64,000 nucleotides of DNA from the NCBI GenBank assembly GCA_038127535.1, contig JAYPHU010000012.1, positions 26,507 through 90,506 on the forward strand. Direction: 5' to 3'. Of the stretch, positions 30,382 to 38,241 are shown one piece after another (position 1 is the stretch's first letter; each line of letters starts with the position of its first letter). The stretch comes from Rhodospirillaceae bacterium (lineage in GTDB: Bacteria; Pseudomonadota; Alphaproteobacteria; Rhodospirillales; UBA2165). A program made the translations under genes and the position numbers. Under the pieces are notes generated by a model. The model did not search any database and had not been told where the DNA came from. It saw only the letters and a program-made list of their open reading frames with translations.

Positions 30382-30750
30382 TTATTTCTTCCGGGACTCC
30401 GCGACCGCCGAGAGCTGTTCCTTCGGCGGCACGATATCGGTGACCAGATCGCGGATCAGCCGCTTGTTGCTCAAGGGCTCGATGGTCATGGGCTCGGACG
30501 TGAGCCGCGCGGTGCAGGCATAGTCGACTTTGTCGTTTACCCGCACCATGCATTCCTTGCACGCATTGGCGTTGACGCAGGCATAGCGTATGGCCAGGCT
30601 CGGATCGACCTCCTGACAAATCCAGACCAAGGCGTCCAGGACCGATGCGCCCGGCTCATAGGGCACCTCGAAAGCATCAATGCGCGGTGGCTCCTCAGGC
30701 CCGCCGCGCTGCACCCGCAAGGTCATGATCTGTTTTTCGATGGCGCTCAT
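30382..30750 (-). CDS. Small 2Fe-2S protein resembling the N-terminal domain of the SdhB/FrdB iron-sulfur subunit
   Basis: 122-aa ORF with the Cys pattern ..RYACVNANACKECMVRVND..YACT... Its ATG overlaps the stop of the upstream flavoprotein gene (ATGA at 30747-30750). Confidence 0.75.
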   Translation of the reverse strand: MSAIEKQIMTLRVQRGGPEEPPRIDAFEVPYEPGASVLDALVWICQEVDPSLAIRYACVNANACKECMVRVNDKVDYACTARLTSEPMTIEPLSNKRLIRDLVTDIVPPKEQLSAVAESRKK

Positions 30751-32444
30751 TGCCGCACCAACGGCGCAAACGCCGCCTCGACTTTATATCCGCTCAGGCC
30801 CACCACCTGGGTTTGTTCCAGCGCCGGATCGGTGTGCGGGAAATCCTCCCGCCACTGGGCGCCCCGGCTTTCTTCCCGGTTGAGCGCCGCCACAGTGACC
30901 GTTTCCGCCGTAAGAAGAGAGGAGCGGAGGTCATACCAGCCGCGTAAACTCATATCGTAACCGCCGGCGGCGCCGATCGTCAGCCCGTCCAACTCAGACC
31001 GCATGGACTTGATCCGCGTCAGCGCCTTTTCCAAGCTTTCTTTAGTGCGGATCAAACCCACCTGATCCCACATCAACTCCCGCAGCTCTTTCGCCATGCC
31101 ATGAAATTCAGGACCGGACTCTGTATCTCCGCTATTGCCGCCCCGCGCCGCCAGTTGATCCAGCGCGTCTTTGGCCTCCGCGCCGTCCCAGGCCCGCGTC
31201 TCGCCGGCCACGGCGTTCGCCGCGAACCGCCCGGCCCGTTCGCCGAACACGAAGGCTTCCGGGATGGCGTTGCCCGATAGTCTGTTGGCCCCGTTGGCCC
31301 CACCCACCGCTTCGCCGGCGGCATAGAGGCCGGGCACGCCGGTAGCCATGGTCCCGTCCACCCGGATGCCGCCCATGTGATAGTGGGCGATTGGGGAGAC
31401 TTCGACCGACTGCTTTGTAAGATCGATGCCGTTGTTCAACAGCTTGTCGATGACCGGGCCGAAGGCGTCCCGCAACTCGTTCTCCGGCACATGAGCGAAT
31501 GACAGCCATGCCCCGCCATGGGGGGTGCCCCGCCCGGCGGCGGCTTCCTGCACGATGGCAAAGGATGTGATATCCCGGGGCGCGGTGTATGTGCCGGAAT
31601 CCTCCGCCCCGTAATTATGGATGAACTCTTCCATCTCGCCGTTCAGCAATCTGCCGCCGAGCTTGTAGCGGAACGGGTCCCACATAATCGGGTCCATGCC
31701 GACCATCCGGGGGGCCAGGTGCCCGATGGGGAAGAACTGCACGAATTCCATATCCACCAGCTCGGCCCCGGCGCGCAAGGCCAAGGCGTAAGAGTCCCCG
31801 CCCATATTCGCCGACGCGCTGTTGCGCCGGTAAATGCCGGTGAGTCCGCCGCCCGCCAGAATGACCGCGCCTGCGGCGATGGTAACCGCCGCGCCGTCTT
31901 CCTGGTTATAGCCGACCGCGCCGGTGACCACGCCGTCCTGGACCACCAGATCGACAATGCCGACGCCGCTGATCCGGGCGATGTTATCCCCGTGCGCCAC
32001 CTCGCCCCGGAGACAACGGGCCACCGACGGGCCTGTGTTGAGAATATCAACATAAACGCAGCGGGGCACGGAATGGCCGGGCGCGGTGACCTGTTTCAGA
32101 TGCCCATCTTCCCGGGCCCAGCCCACTTTCCAGCCGTCCATCTCCCAGATGCGCTCGACAGCTTCCTCGCACAGTATGGCGGCCAGTTGTTCATTGCAGA
32201 GGCCCCGGCCCGCCGTCAGCGTATCGGCGTAATGATCTTCCCACGTGTCGGGGGATTGTTCACCGACGGCCGCCGCCACCGTCATCTGCGCCATGATGGT
32301 CGCGCCCCCCCGGCCCACCAGGTTCTTGTCCACCAGGATCACATCCGCGCCATTGCGGGCCGCCGCGATGGCGGCATACATGCCCGCCGCGCCGGCGCCC
32401 ACGACAAGTACATCGGTTTCGAGATGGATAGGCGCGGACGACAT
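30747..32444 (-). CDS. FAD-binding oxidoreductase of the succinate dehydrogenase / fumarate reductase / L-aspartate oxidase flavoprotein family
   Basis: ORF 30747..32576 trimmed to ATG 32444 (MSSAPIHLETDVLVVGAGAAGMYAAIAAARNGADVILVDK). It carries the HYHMGG and YAAGE motifs. Its start overlaps the TauD-like gene's stop (ATGA). Confidence 0.88.
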   Translation of the reverse strand: MSSAPIHLETDVLVVGAGAAGMYAAIAAARNGADVILVDKNLVGRGGATIMAQMTVAAAVGEQSPDTWEDHYADTLTAGRGLCNEQLAAILCEEAVERIWEMDGWKVGWAREDGHLKQVTAPGHSVPRCVYVDILNTGPSVARCLRGEVAHGDNIARISGVGIVDLVVQDGVVTGAVGYNQEDGAAVTIAAGAVILAGGGLTGIYRRNSASANMGGDSYALALRAGAELVDMEFVQFFPIGHLAPRMVGMDPIMWDPFRYKLGGRLLNGEMEEFIHNYGAEDSGTYTAPRDITSFAIVQEAAAGRGTPHGGAWLSFAHVPENELRDAFGPVIDKLLNNGIDLTKQSVEVSPIAHYHMGGIRVDGTMATGVPGLYAAGEAVGGANGANRLSGNAIPEAFVFGERAGRFAANAVAGETRAWDGAEAKDALDQLAARGGNSGDTESGPEFHGMAKELRELMWDQVGLIRTKESLEKALTRIKSMRSELDGLTIGAAGGYDMSLRGWYDLRSSLLTAETVTVAALNREESRGAQWREDFPHTDPALEQTQVVGLSGYKVEAAFAPLVRQ

Positions 32445-33292
32445 CAGACCGGCTTCGGTCCCTCGGTGCCCTTGATCTGGATGCGATAGCCAGACCGTGT
32501 GTGGGGATGATAGTCCCAGATCGCCTGATGCTGGCTCGCCCGGTTGTCCCAAAAGGCGATGGAATGGGCCTGCCACTTGAACCGGAGCTGAAAGTCCGGC
32601 CGGGCGATATGCTCGAACAAAAAGCCCAGCAGCGCATCGCTCTCGGCCCGGGACAGTTCGTCGATGTGGGTGGTGAAGCCGGGGTTCACGTAGATCAGCT
32701 TTCGGCCCGTGCCGGGATGGGTGGTAATCACCGGATGCACGGCCCTGGGATATTCCACACCGGGCCGGGGATCGAACATGATCGCCCCGTCATGGTTGGC
32801 GGTGAGGGGTTCAAGAAAAGACTGCATAGTCGGCGAGAGCGCGTCATAGGCCGCGTACATACTGGCGAACAGCGTGTCGCCGCCGCCGTCCGGCGGAACG
32901 ATGTGCTGATGTAGGATGCTGCCCATGGGCGGAACCTCCGCGCAGCTTTGATCCGTGTGCCAGGTTTCCCCGGACACCCGCTTGGAGTTTTCGTCGAAAT
33001 GCTGCCAGCGGATTTCCGGATGGCCCTCGACCATGCCCGATGCCGTGCCCTTGCCGCCCACATGCACATGCAATTCGCCAAAATAGGCGGCGAAACGGGA
33101 ATGGGCGTCGAAATCTATGTCTTGCTCGCGGAAGAACAGTACCAGGTGTTGGAGCAACGCCTGATACACTTCTTCAATCTGGCGGTTGGTCAGCGGCTCG
33201 CGCAAATCAATGCCACCCACCTCCGCCCCGATATGGGGCGAGACCGGGGTGACGGTGATCGTGTCGTAGTCCGGGTTAGTCAGCTTATCCAT
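32444..33292 (-). CDS. TauD/TfdA family Fe(II)/2-oxoglutarate-dependent dioxygenase
   Basis: 282-aa ORF. ITVTPVSPHIGAEVGGIDL, WHTDQS and a typical C-terminus (WDNRASQH) are present. Confidence 0.9.
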   Translation of the reverse strand: MDKLTNPDYDTITVTPVSPHIGAEVGGIDLREPLTNRQIEEVYQALLQHLVLFFREQDIDFDAHSRFAAYFGELHVHVGGKGTASGMVEGHPEIRWQHFDENSKRVSGETWHTDQSCAEVPPMGSILHQHIVPPDGGGDTLFASMYAAYDALSPTMQSFLEPLTANHDGAIMFDPRPGVEYPRAVHPVITTHPGTGRKLIYVNPGFTTHIDELSRAESDALLGFLFEHIARPDFQLRFKWQAHSIAFWDNRASQHQAIWDYHPHTRSGYRIQIKGTEGPKPV

Positions 33293-33470
33293 CCGCCGAT
33301 ATTAGCCAAATTGGGCGGGAGGAGGAAAGACCGGAAGGCAAATCGCACGCGTCTAAGGCCCAGTCAAAAAATTGTCCCAATTCGCCGGTTTGATGCGGCC
33401 GTGAATTGCGCTACCCTAACTTGCTCGGCAATTGACCAAGGTCGGCAAACGGGAGACTTGAAAGACCGGT

Positions 33471-34115
33471 ATGGAGACACGCCTCCGACATCTTATCCTG
33501 ACAGCGGGTCTCGCCGCAGCGATGATTGTATCCGCCCTGGCCACCGCCCAGGAGTCCGCCCCGCCGGAAATTCAGCAGGAAGTGCTGAAAGAGCTGGAGA
33601 ACGATCCGGAATATCAGGAAACCCGGAAATTCCTGGACGATACACAGAGCCAGGTCGCCAAAGTCCGCGCCGAAAACGACGCGCGCGCCAAGGAGATCGA
33701 GGCCTTGGCGATTCGGGTCGGCGATATCATTTCCAACATTGGCGCCACCAGCGAGGACAACACCAATCTCCGCTCGGAGATTTCCGTGCTCTCCGATTTA
33801 TTGAAACTGGAGCGTCAGACCACCGGGGAGCTGCGCGAAGACCTCAAAAAGCTCAACACCCGGTTCGATGACGCCAGGCTGGAGCGGTTGAAATCCGACC
33901 GCAAGAAAGACCAGCAGATCGAAGAGTTGCGCCGGGAAAACACCAAGGCGCTGAAGCGGCTCAACGAGGCGGTGGAAACCATCGCCGATCAGGCCAAAAC
34001 CAATCAGGTGCTGGCCTCCGACCTGGAAGAAGCGAAGCAGGAGATGGAGCGCCAGGACAAGGAAATCGAGCTGTTGAAGAATAGCCGCTACCTCCCGCGC
34101 CGCCGCACCCGCTAA
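33471..34115 (+). CDS. Secreted coiled-coil protein (hypothetical)
   Basis: Signal peptide (LILTAGLAAAMIVSALATAQE) followed by a long heptad-like, charged Glu/Lys/Arg-rich sequence. Confidence 0.65.
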   Translation: METRLRHLILTAGLAAAMIVSALATAQESAPPEIQQEVLKELENDPEYQETRKFLDDTQSQVAKVRAENDARAKEIEALAIRVGDIISNIGATSEDNTNLRSEISVLSDLLKLERQTTGELREDLKKLNTRFDDARLERLKSDRKKDQQIEELRRENTKALKRLNEAVETIADQAKTNQVLASDLEEAKQEMERQDKEIELLKNSRYLPRRRTR

Positions 34116-34406
34116 CCTCGCCTAAAACCCTCAATTCTTTTTGTTGTTTACGACCGGGAACGGCGCTACCTGGATACTTGGAGCTTAATTCTATATCAAA
34201 ACTGACCGGCCGAGTCGGAGAAACTCCATGACGCATTCCTCGCACAACAAACGCCCACACCCCCGATCCAAGCCTGTTTCCTCAGTGCGTGAGCGGGAAC
34301 GCCACGCCCGCGCAAAGTTGTGAAAATCGCGATAACGGCTGTGTCTAAATGGCGCGAGCGCTACTTAACCGACGATGACCAATACGGCATCACCGCCACC
34401 CCCGTC

Positions 34407-34784
34407 TCACCCCATGCGCTTGGCTTCCTCGACGGCGTCCTTGAGGCGGGTGGGTTGTTTCAGCACGTCCATCCATTCTTCGAGGGAATTTTCAAGGACC
34501 AGAATCGTCTCTAACTCGCCGGTGGCGGCGTTGAGTTTTTCCAGAGCGGCGGCGAATTACTTAAGCACGCTTGCGGTCCTTCGATCGTCTTAGCTTCCCG
34601 TTGAGGCGGCGTCGTTAATCGCGCCGCTGGGAAAAAAGTATATCGGCTCGGTCACGAATGAAAAGAGGTGAATCGGCAAAATTCGGCACTTACGCATAAC
34701 CACATACGGTTCGATGCCCGGCGCGCGCCACCGTACCCGGCTTACCCGATTTATGAGGCAAGCACGATTGCAGGCGGGACGCAA
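34407..34784 (-). pseudogene. Possible gene remnant carrying two in-frame TAA codons
   Basis: A single frame reads ..FFPSGAINDAASTGS*DDRRTASVLK*FAAALEKLNAATGELETILVLENSLEEWMDVLKQPTRLKDAVEEAKRMG*. The 3' 49 codons look protein-like. The N-terminal part and the start are unconvincing, and no family was recognised. Confidence 0.2.
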
Positions 34785-34831
34785 ATCTGGTTCACTTGGC
34801 TCATCTACACTTCAATCATTAGGAACCAATC

Positions 34832-35314
34832 ATGGTAGAAAAATTAGGACCCGGAGACGCCTTCCCCGCGATGAGCCTCAATGTCGTGGGCGGCGGTTCC
34901 ATTAATCTGCCCGGCGATATGGACGGCCGGTACAACCTCGTCCTGTTTTACCGTGGACATTGGTGACCTTATTGCCGGCGGCAGTTGGCCGCCTTCGAAG
35001 CGCATAAGGAAACGTTCGCCGATCTTGGCGTAAAGATCTTTGCCGCCAGTGTGGACACCGGCGACGATTCCAAAGCGGTCGCGGACGAGGTTTCGTTTGC
35101 GGTCGGTGAGGGTGTGACCCGCGATCAGGCCGGACAGATCGGCGCCTGGTACGGCGATGCCCGCCACCCGGAGATGATCCAACCGTCCGAATTCTTGATG
35201 AAGCCGGACGGCAGCGTGATGATGTCGTCCTATAGTTCCGGTCCGCTGGCGCGGATGGACGCGGAAGACGTGATCAAGGTGGTGAACTTTTTGGACAATT
35301 TAGCCAAAGGCTAG
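34832..35314 (+). CDS. Peroxiredoxin-like / redoxin (AhpC-TSA) protein with in-frame TGA at the first Cys of CxxC; candidate selenoprotein (UPYC)
   Basis: ATG 34832 has an AGGAA SD 7 nt upstream. The frame stays open to TAG 35312-35314 apart from TGA 34964-34966. The context is YNLVLFYRGHW[TGA]PYCRRQLAAFEAH, which is the FYRGxWCPxC redoxin motif. A SECIS-like hairpin follows directly. The ORF track shows only the 3' part (34985..35314). Confidence 0.7.
34967..35009 (+). promoter_or_regulatory. Putative bacterial SECIS element
   Basis: The hairpin starts at the first nt after UGA. Lower stem: CCUUAU (34967-34972) / AUAAGG (35004-35009). Upper stem: GGCGGC (34977-34982) / GCCGCC (34988-34993). 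The apical loop AGUUG begins 16 nt after UGA. Confidence 0.55.
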
Positions 35315-35337
35315 TCCCAAACCATCACTGACATGCA

Positions 35338-35367
35338 ACAAGGCCCAGACGATTGTCCGGGCCTTGT
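35338..35367. terminator. Hairpin in the convergent gap between the redoxin gene and hsp20 (likely bidirectional terminator)
   Basis: 9-bp stem ACAAGGCCC (35338-35346) / GGGCCTTGT (35359-35367), GC-rich, flanked by T-rich sequence. Confidence 0.5.
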
Positions 35368-35397
35368 GTCGTTTAACAGGGAGAGGTCGCTTAAAGT

Positions 35398-35886
35398 TTA
35401 GGCGGCCTTTTTGTCGTCCGCGCCCAAAAGCGTATTTGCGCGGTCGGCAAAGCTCTTGGCCGGGCCTTTCTTGACCTCGATGGTGCGGGGTTTCAGGGCT
35501 TCCGGAATCTCCCGCTCCAGATCGACGACCAACAGGCCGTTTTCCAGATTGGCGCTGACCACTTTCACATGGTCGGCGAGTTCGAACTTGCGCTCGAACG
35601 CGCGGTTGGCGATGCCCCGGTGCAAGTATGTCACCTCGCCTGAGTTCTCGCCGGACTTGCCGGTGATCACGAGGGAGTTCTGGGACTGCACGATTTCCAG
35701 ATCGGCTTCACCGAAGCCGGCGACGGCCATGGAAATACGGTAGGCGTTTTCACCAATGGCTTCAATGTTGTAGGGCGGATAGCCGTTGGACTGTTCGACG
35801 CGATTGCTCACGGCGTGCAAAAGCTCTTCGAGCCGGTCAAAGCCGACGGAATGACGGAAAAGTGGGGAAAAATCATACGTACGCAT
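35398..35886 (-). CDS. Hsp20/alpha-crystallin family small heat-shock protein (IbpA-like)
   Basis: ORF 35398..35988 trimmed to ATG 35886 (MRTYDFSPLFRHSVGFDRL..), preceded by a TAGGAGGA SD. YPPYNIE..YRISMAVAGF..GLLVVDLERE matches the IbpA/HspA pattern. Confidence 0.9.
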   Translation of the reverse strand: MRTYDFSPLFRHSVGFDRLEELLHAVSNRVEQSNGYPPYNIEAIGENAYRISMAVAGFGEADLEIVQSQNSLVITGKSGENSGEVTYLHRGIANRAFERKFELADHVKVVSANLENGLLVVDLEREIPEALKPRTIEVKKGPAKSFADRANTLLGADDKKAA

Positions 35887-36083
35887 AGCATATCCTCCTA
35901 AAAGCGATATGAAGTTAACGGAACCTGCCACCATGGCCAGGCCCTTTGAAGTCCTTGCCCCGAACCCTCTACAGGCGTCTGGGTACAAGGATGATTTGGT
36001 CCGCTAAATCTCCGTTGCAAGCCCACGCATGAAATTTTTTTGAGGTAGAAAAACTCAGTTTTCACGCAGTTTTCCAGCGATTT

Positions 36084-36173
36084 TTAAGGTTGGGTGTGTT
36101 CGCTTTCGTCCAGCACATAAGCCACGGCCGTCAAGCCGGCAAAAAACACGAACGTCACAAGTACAGCAGACAT
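36084..36173 (-). CDS. Possible 29-aa hydrophobic micro-protein
   Basis: MSAVLVTFVFFAGLTAVAYVLDESEHTQP. ATG 36173 is preceded by a GGAGGA SD with a 10-nt spacer. It has one TM-like helix and lies below the ORF-track length cut-off. Confidence 0.3.
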   Translation of the reverse strand: MSAVLVTFVFFAGLTAVAYVLDESEHTQP

Positions 36174-36345
36174 TTTGTCCAATCCTCCGTTTCTTTTGCC
36201 GGTCATCGTGATCCCTGATCTTTGAAGGTTTCTTAATACACTGCTTGCGGGAGGCGGCGTTTACAAAGCCGGTTGCCGGTCAAGGTTTGGCTGGTCAGCG
36301 CGGCGCGAATGCCTACAATCGGCCTAAAATCGTGATCGGACTCCT

Positions 36346-37227
36346 ATGAACCCCAACTCATCCCTTCCCGGTATTTTGCTGATGACCGCGTCGGTGTTTT
36401 TTTTCGCCGCCAAAGACGTGCTGGCAAAGATGGCCGGCGATGCCTATGCGCCGGTGCAGATCATCTGGACACAGTTCGCCTTCATGACGGCGGTCTATCT
36501 GCCGATCCTGGTGGTCAAGTTCGGCTGGGGCATCCTGATCCCCCGGCCCTTAGGCTGGCAGATCGTCCGGGGGCTGTGCATCGTCACGGCCATGGGCCTG
36601 TTGTACTGGTCGCTGATCCTGATCCCGCTGGCCGACGCCACGGCGATGGCCTTTACCGCGCCGTTGATCGTCACCGCGCTGTCGCCGCTTTTATTGGGCG
36701 AGAAGGTGGGCTGGCAACGCTGGGCAATGGTGATCCTGGGCTTTTCCGGCGCGTTGATTCTGCTTCGCCCGGCCTTTACCGGCGACGGAATCGGCTACAT
36801 CGTCGGTTTCTTTGCCGGCGTCTTCATGGGAGTCTTCTATGCGCTGAACCGGAAGCTGGCGACCGCCGCGCCGCCCATCGCCTCAATCGCCTATGCCGGC
36901 TACATCGGCGTGATCGCGGCGACCCCGTTCACCGTGTTCAACTGGACCCCGCCCCAGGAAGGGGACGGCTGGATCATCTTCGGCTTTGTCGTCCTGGCGG
37001 CCATCGGCCAGACGCTGCTGATCTCCGCCTTCCGCTATGGCCAGGCCAGCCTGGTCGCACCGTTTCACTATGTGCAGATACTTGCCGCCACGTCGTTCGG
37101 CTGGATGTTCTTTGAACAACTGCCGGACGGCTACACCTGGCTTGGCGTGGCCATCGTAGTCGGCTCCGGGCTCTACATTGCGCTCCGGGAAGCTCAACAA
37201 TCCTTGGACGCCGCGAGGGCCGGCTAG
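36346..37227 (+). CDS. DMT superfamily transporter (two EamA domains)
   Basis: 293-aa, 10-TM-like ORF with EamA-type composition. Confidence 0.88.
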   Translation: MNPNSSLPGILLMTASVFFFAAKDVLAKMAGDAYAPVQIIWTQFAFMTAVYLPILVVKFGWGILIPRPLGWQIVRGLCIVTAMGLLYWSLILIPLADATAMAFTAPLIVTALSPLLLGEKVGWQRWAMVILGFSGALILLRPAFTGDGIGYIVGFFAGVFMGVFYALNRKLATAAPPIASIAYAGYIGVIAATPFTVFNWTPPQEGDGWIIFGFVVLAAIGQTLLISAFRYGQASLVAPFHYVQILAATSFGWMFFEQLPDGYTWLGVAIVVGSGLYIALREAQQSLDAARAG

Positions 37228-37757
37228 GATTTATCCAGCACACTCTGGGTTAGCTGCACCAGCAGCTTGGGTAAGAACGGGTCTGACTGCTCCACGTGCT
37301 TGATCGAACCGAACGCATTGAACAGCCGCTAGTCATCCAGACAGAGGGCGCTCAAAACGGTGATTCGGCTTTCGGAATTGCTCAGGTTCATTGACCCGCC
37401 CTTGCACAAGTCTTCCCCGTCATCGCCCTCGGCAGCAACAAAGGCAATATGATAAACGAAGTTGGAGACGCCAGTCTCCGCCGGGTTCTGGGTGAACCGC
37501 AAGACCGGCGCCTGAGCGGAACCGGCGATATGCTTCACCACTTCGTCGGCAAACGCGCCGCCGGCATTGCCTTAGGGGCTGCCCTGGACCTTGACCAGAA
37601 TGGGACCCTTGGATTGAACATAGGTGATGGTCTAGGCGACAATCGGTCCGGCGCTGTGGCCTTCGACGATGGTCGGCGCCTCATCGCAGCCTACAAGCGC
37701 CAGAAGGCCGACCAAAAGACCGCCCCGGCTGAAAAACTTCTTTCCGAATGTGCTCAT
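37224..37757 (-). pseudogene. Lipoprotein gene interrupted by three in-frame stops (TAG, TAA, TAG), with no frameshift
   Basis: ATG 37757 gives MSTFGKKFFSRGGLLVGLLALVGC, with a lipobox. The same frame then continues through TAG 37632-37634, TAA 37572-37574 and TAG 37329-37331 to the terminal TAG 37224-37226. The sequence looks protein-like throughout (..GNAGGAFADEVVKHIAGSAQAPVLRFTQNP.. ..RLFNAFGSIKHVEQSDPFLPKLLVQLTQSVLDKS). Confidence 0.65.
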
Positions 37758-38241
37758 GAATTCCTCAAACGGTTCGATGGGTTTGGCTCTCTTTACCCGG
37801 CCACCGCCGGAGTTCAATCGTGCAGGCAGCTTGGTCAGACAAAAGCGCTCCCGTGCGGCTAAATTGAGGCAAAATGCCGTCTTCTTGGGTCGATATTTAC
37901 CGGATTCCCGGATGACTCAAAGAAAATTCAATTTTTGTTTCGCGCTAAGTCATTGATTCCAAGCGGACTCCGAAAAAAATTGGCGATTTTTCGCAATGAG
38001 TGAGCTTCGTCACTGAACAGGACCAGGGTTTGTGAGAAACTACAAATTTAGGACCCCTTGAACACCTCTTAAAAATTCCTCCCCCCCGGGAAACGTAAGG
38101 GCTCAGGACTGATCATCCGGGGCCAATTTTTTTGTCTGAAGCCTCTCCGCGCCAAGTGCTTTCCTTACCGCCACGGATCACCTATCGTCTCGCATCTTTC
38201 AGCCTCGCCGTTTCCGGTGTACCAAATAAGGACAGACCCGC

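Noticed and set aside
35887-36083. ROSE-type RNA thermometer and sigma-32 promoter in the hsp20 leader
   Set aside because: I found only a weak CTTGCA..CCAAAT candidate and a 6-bp AU-rich hairpin (35889-35911). That hairpin leaves the AGGAG of the SD in its loop, so there is no convincing SD-masking helix with the conserved bulged G. This is not enough to call.
37758-38241. About 480-bp gap with homopolymer runs (A7, T7, C7) between the lipoprotein pseudogene and the second DMT gene: a hidden decayed gene or RNA?
   Set aside because: Inspection of the region showed no protein-like stretch or SD/start logic and no tRNA-like or strong hairpin structure. I leave it as intergenic/promoter DNA.
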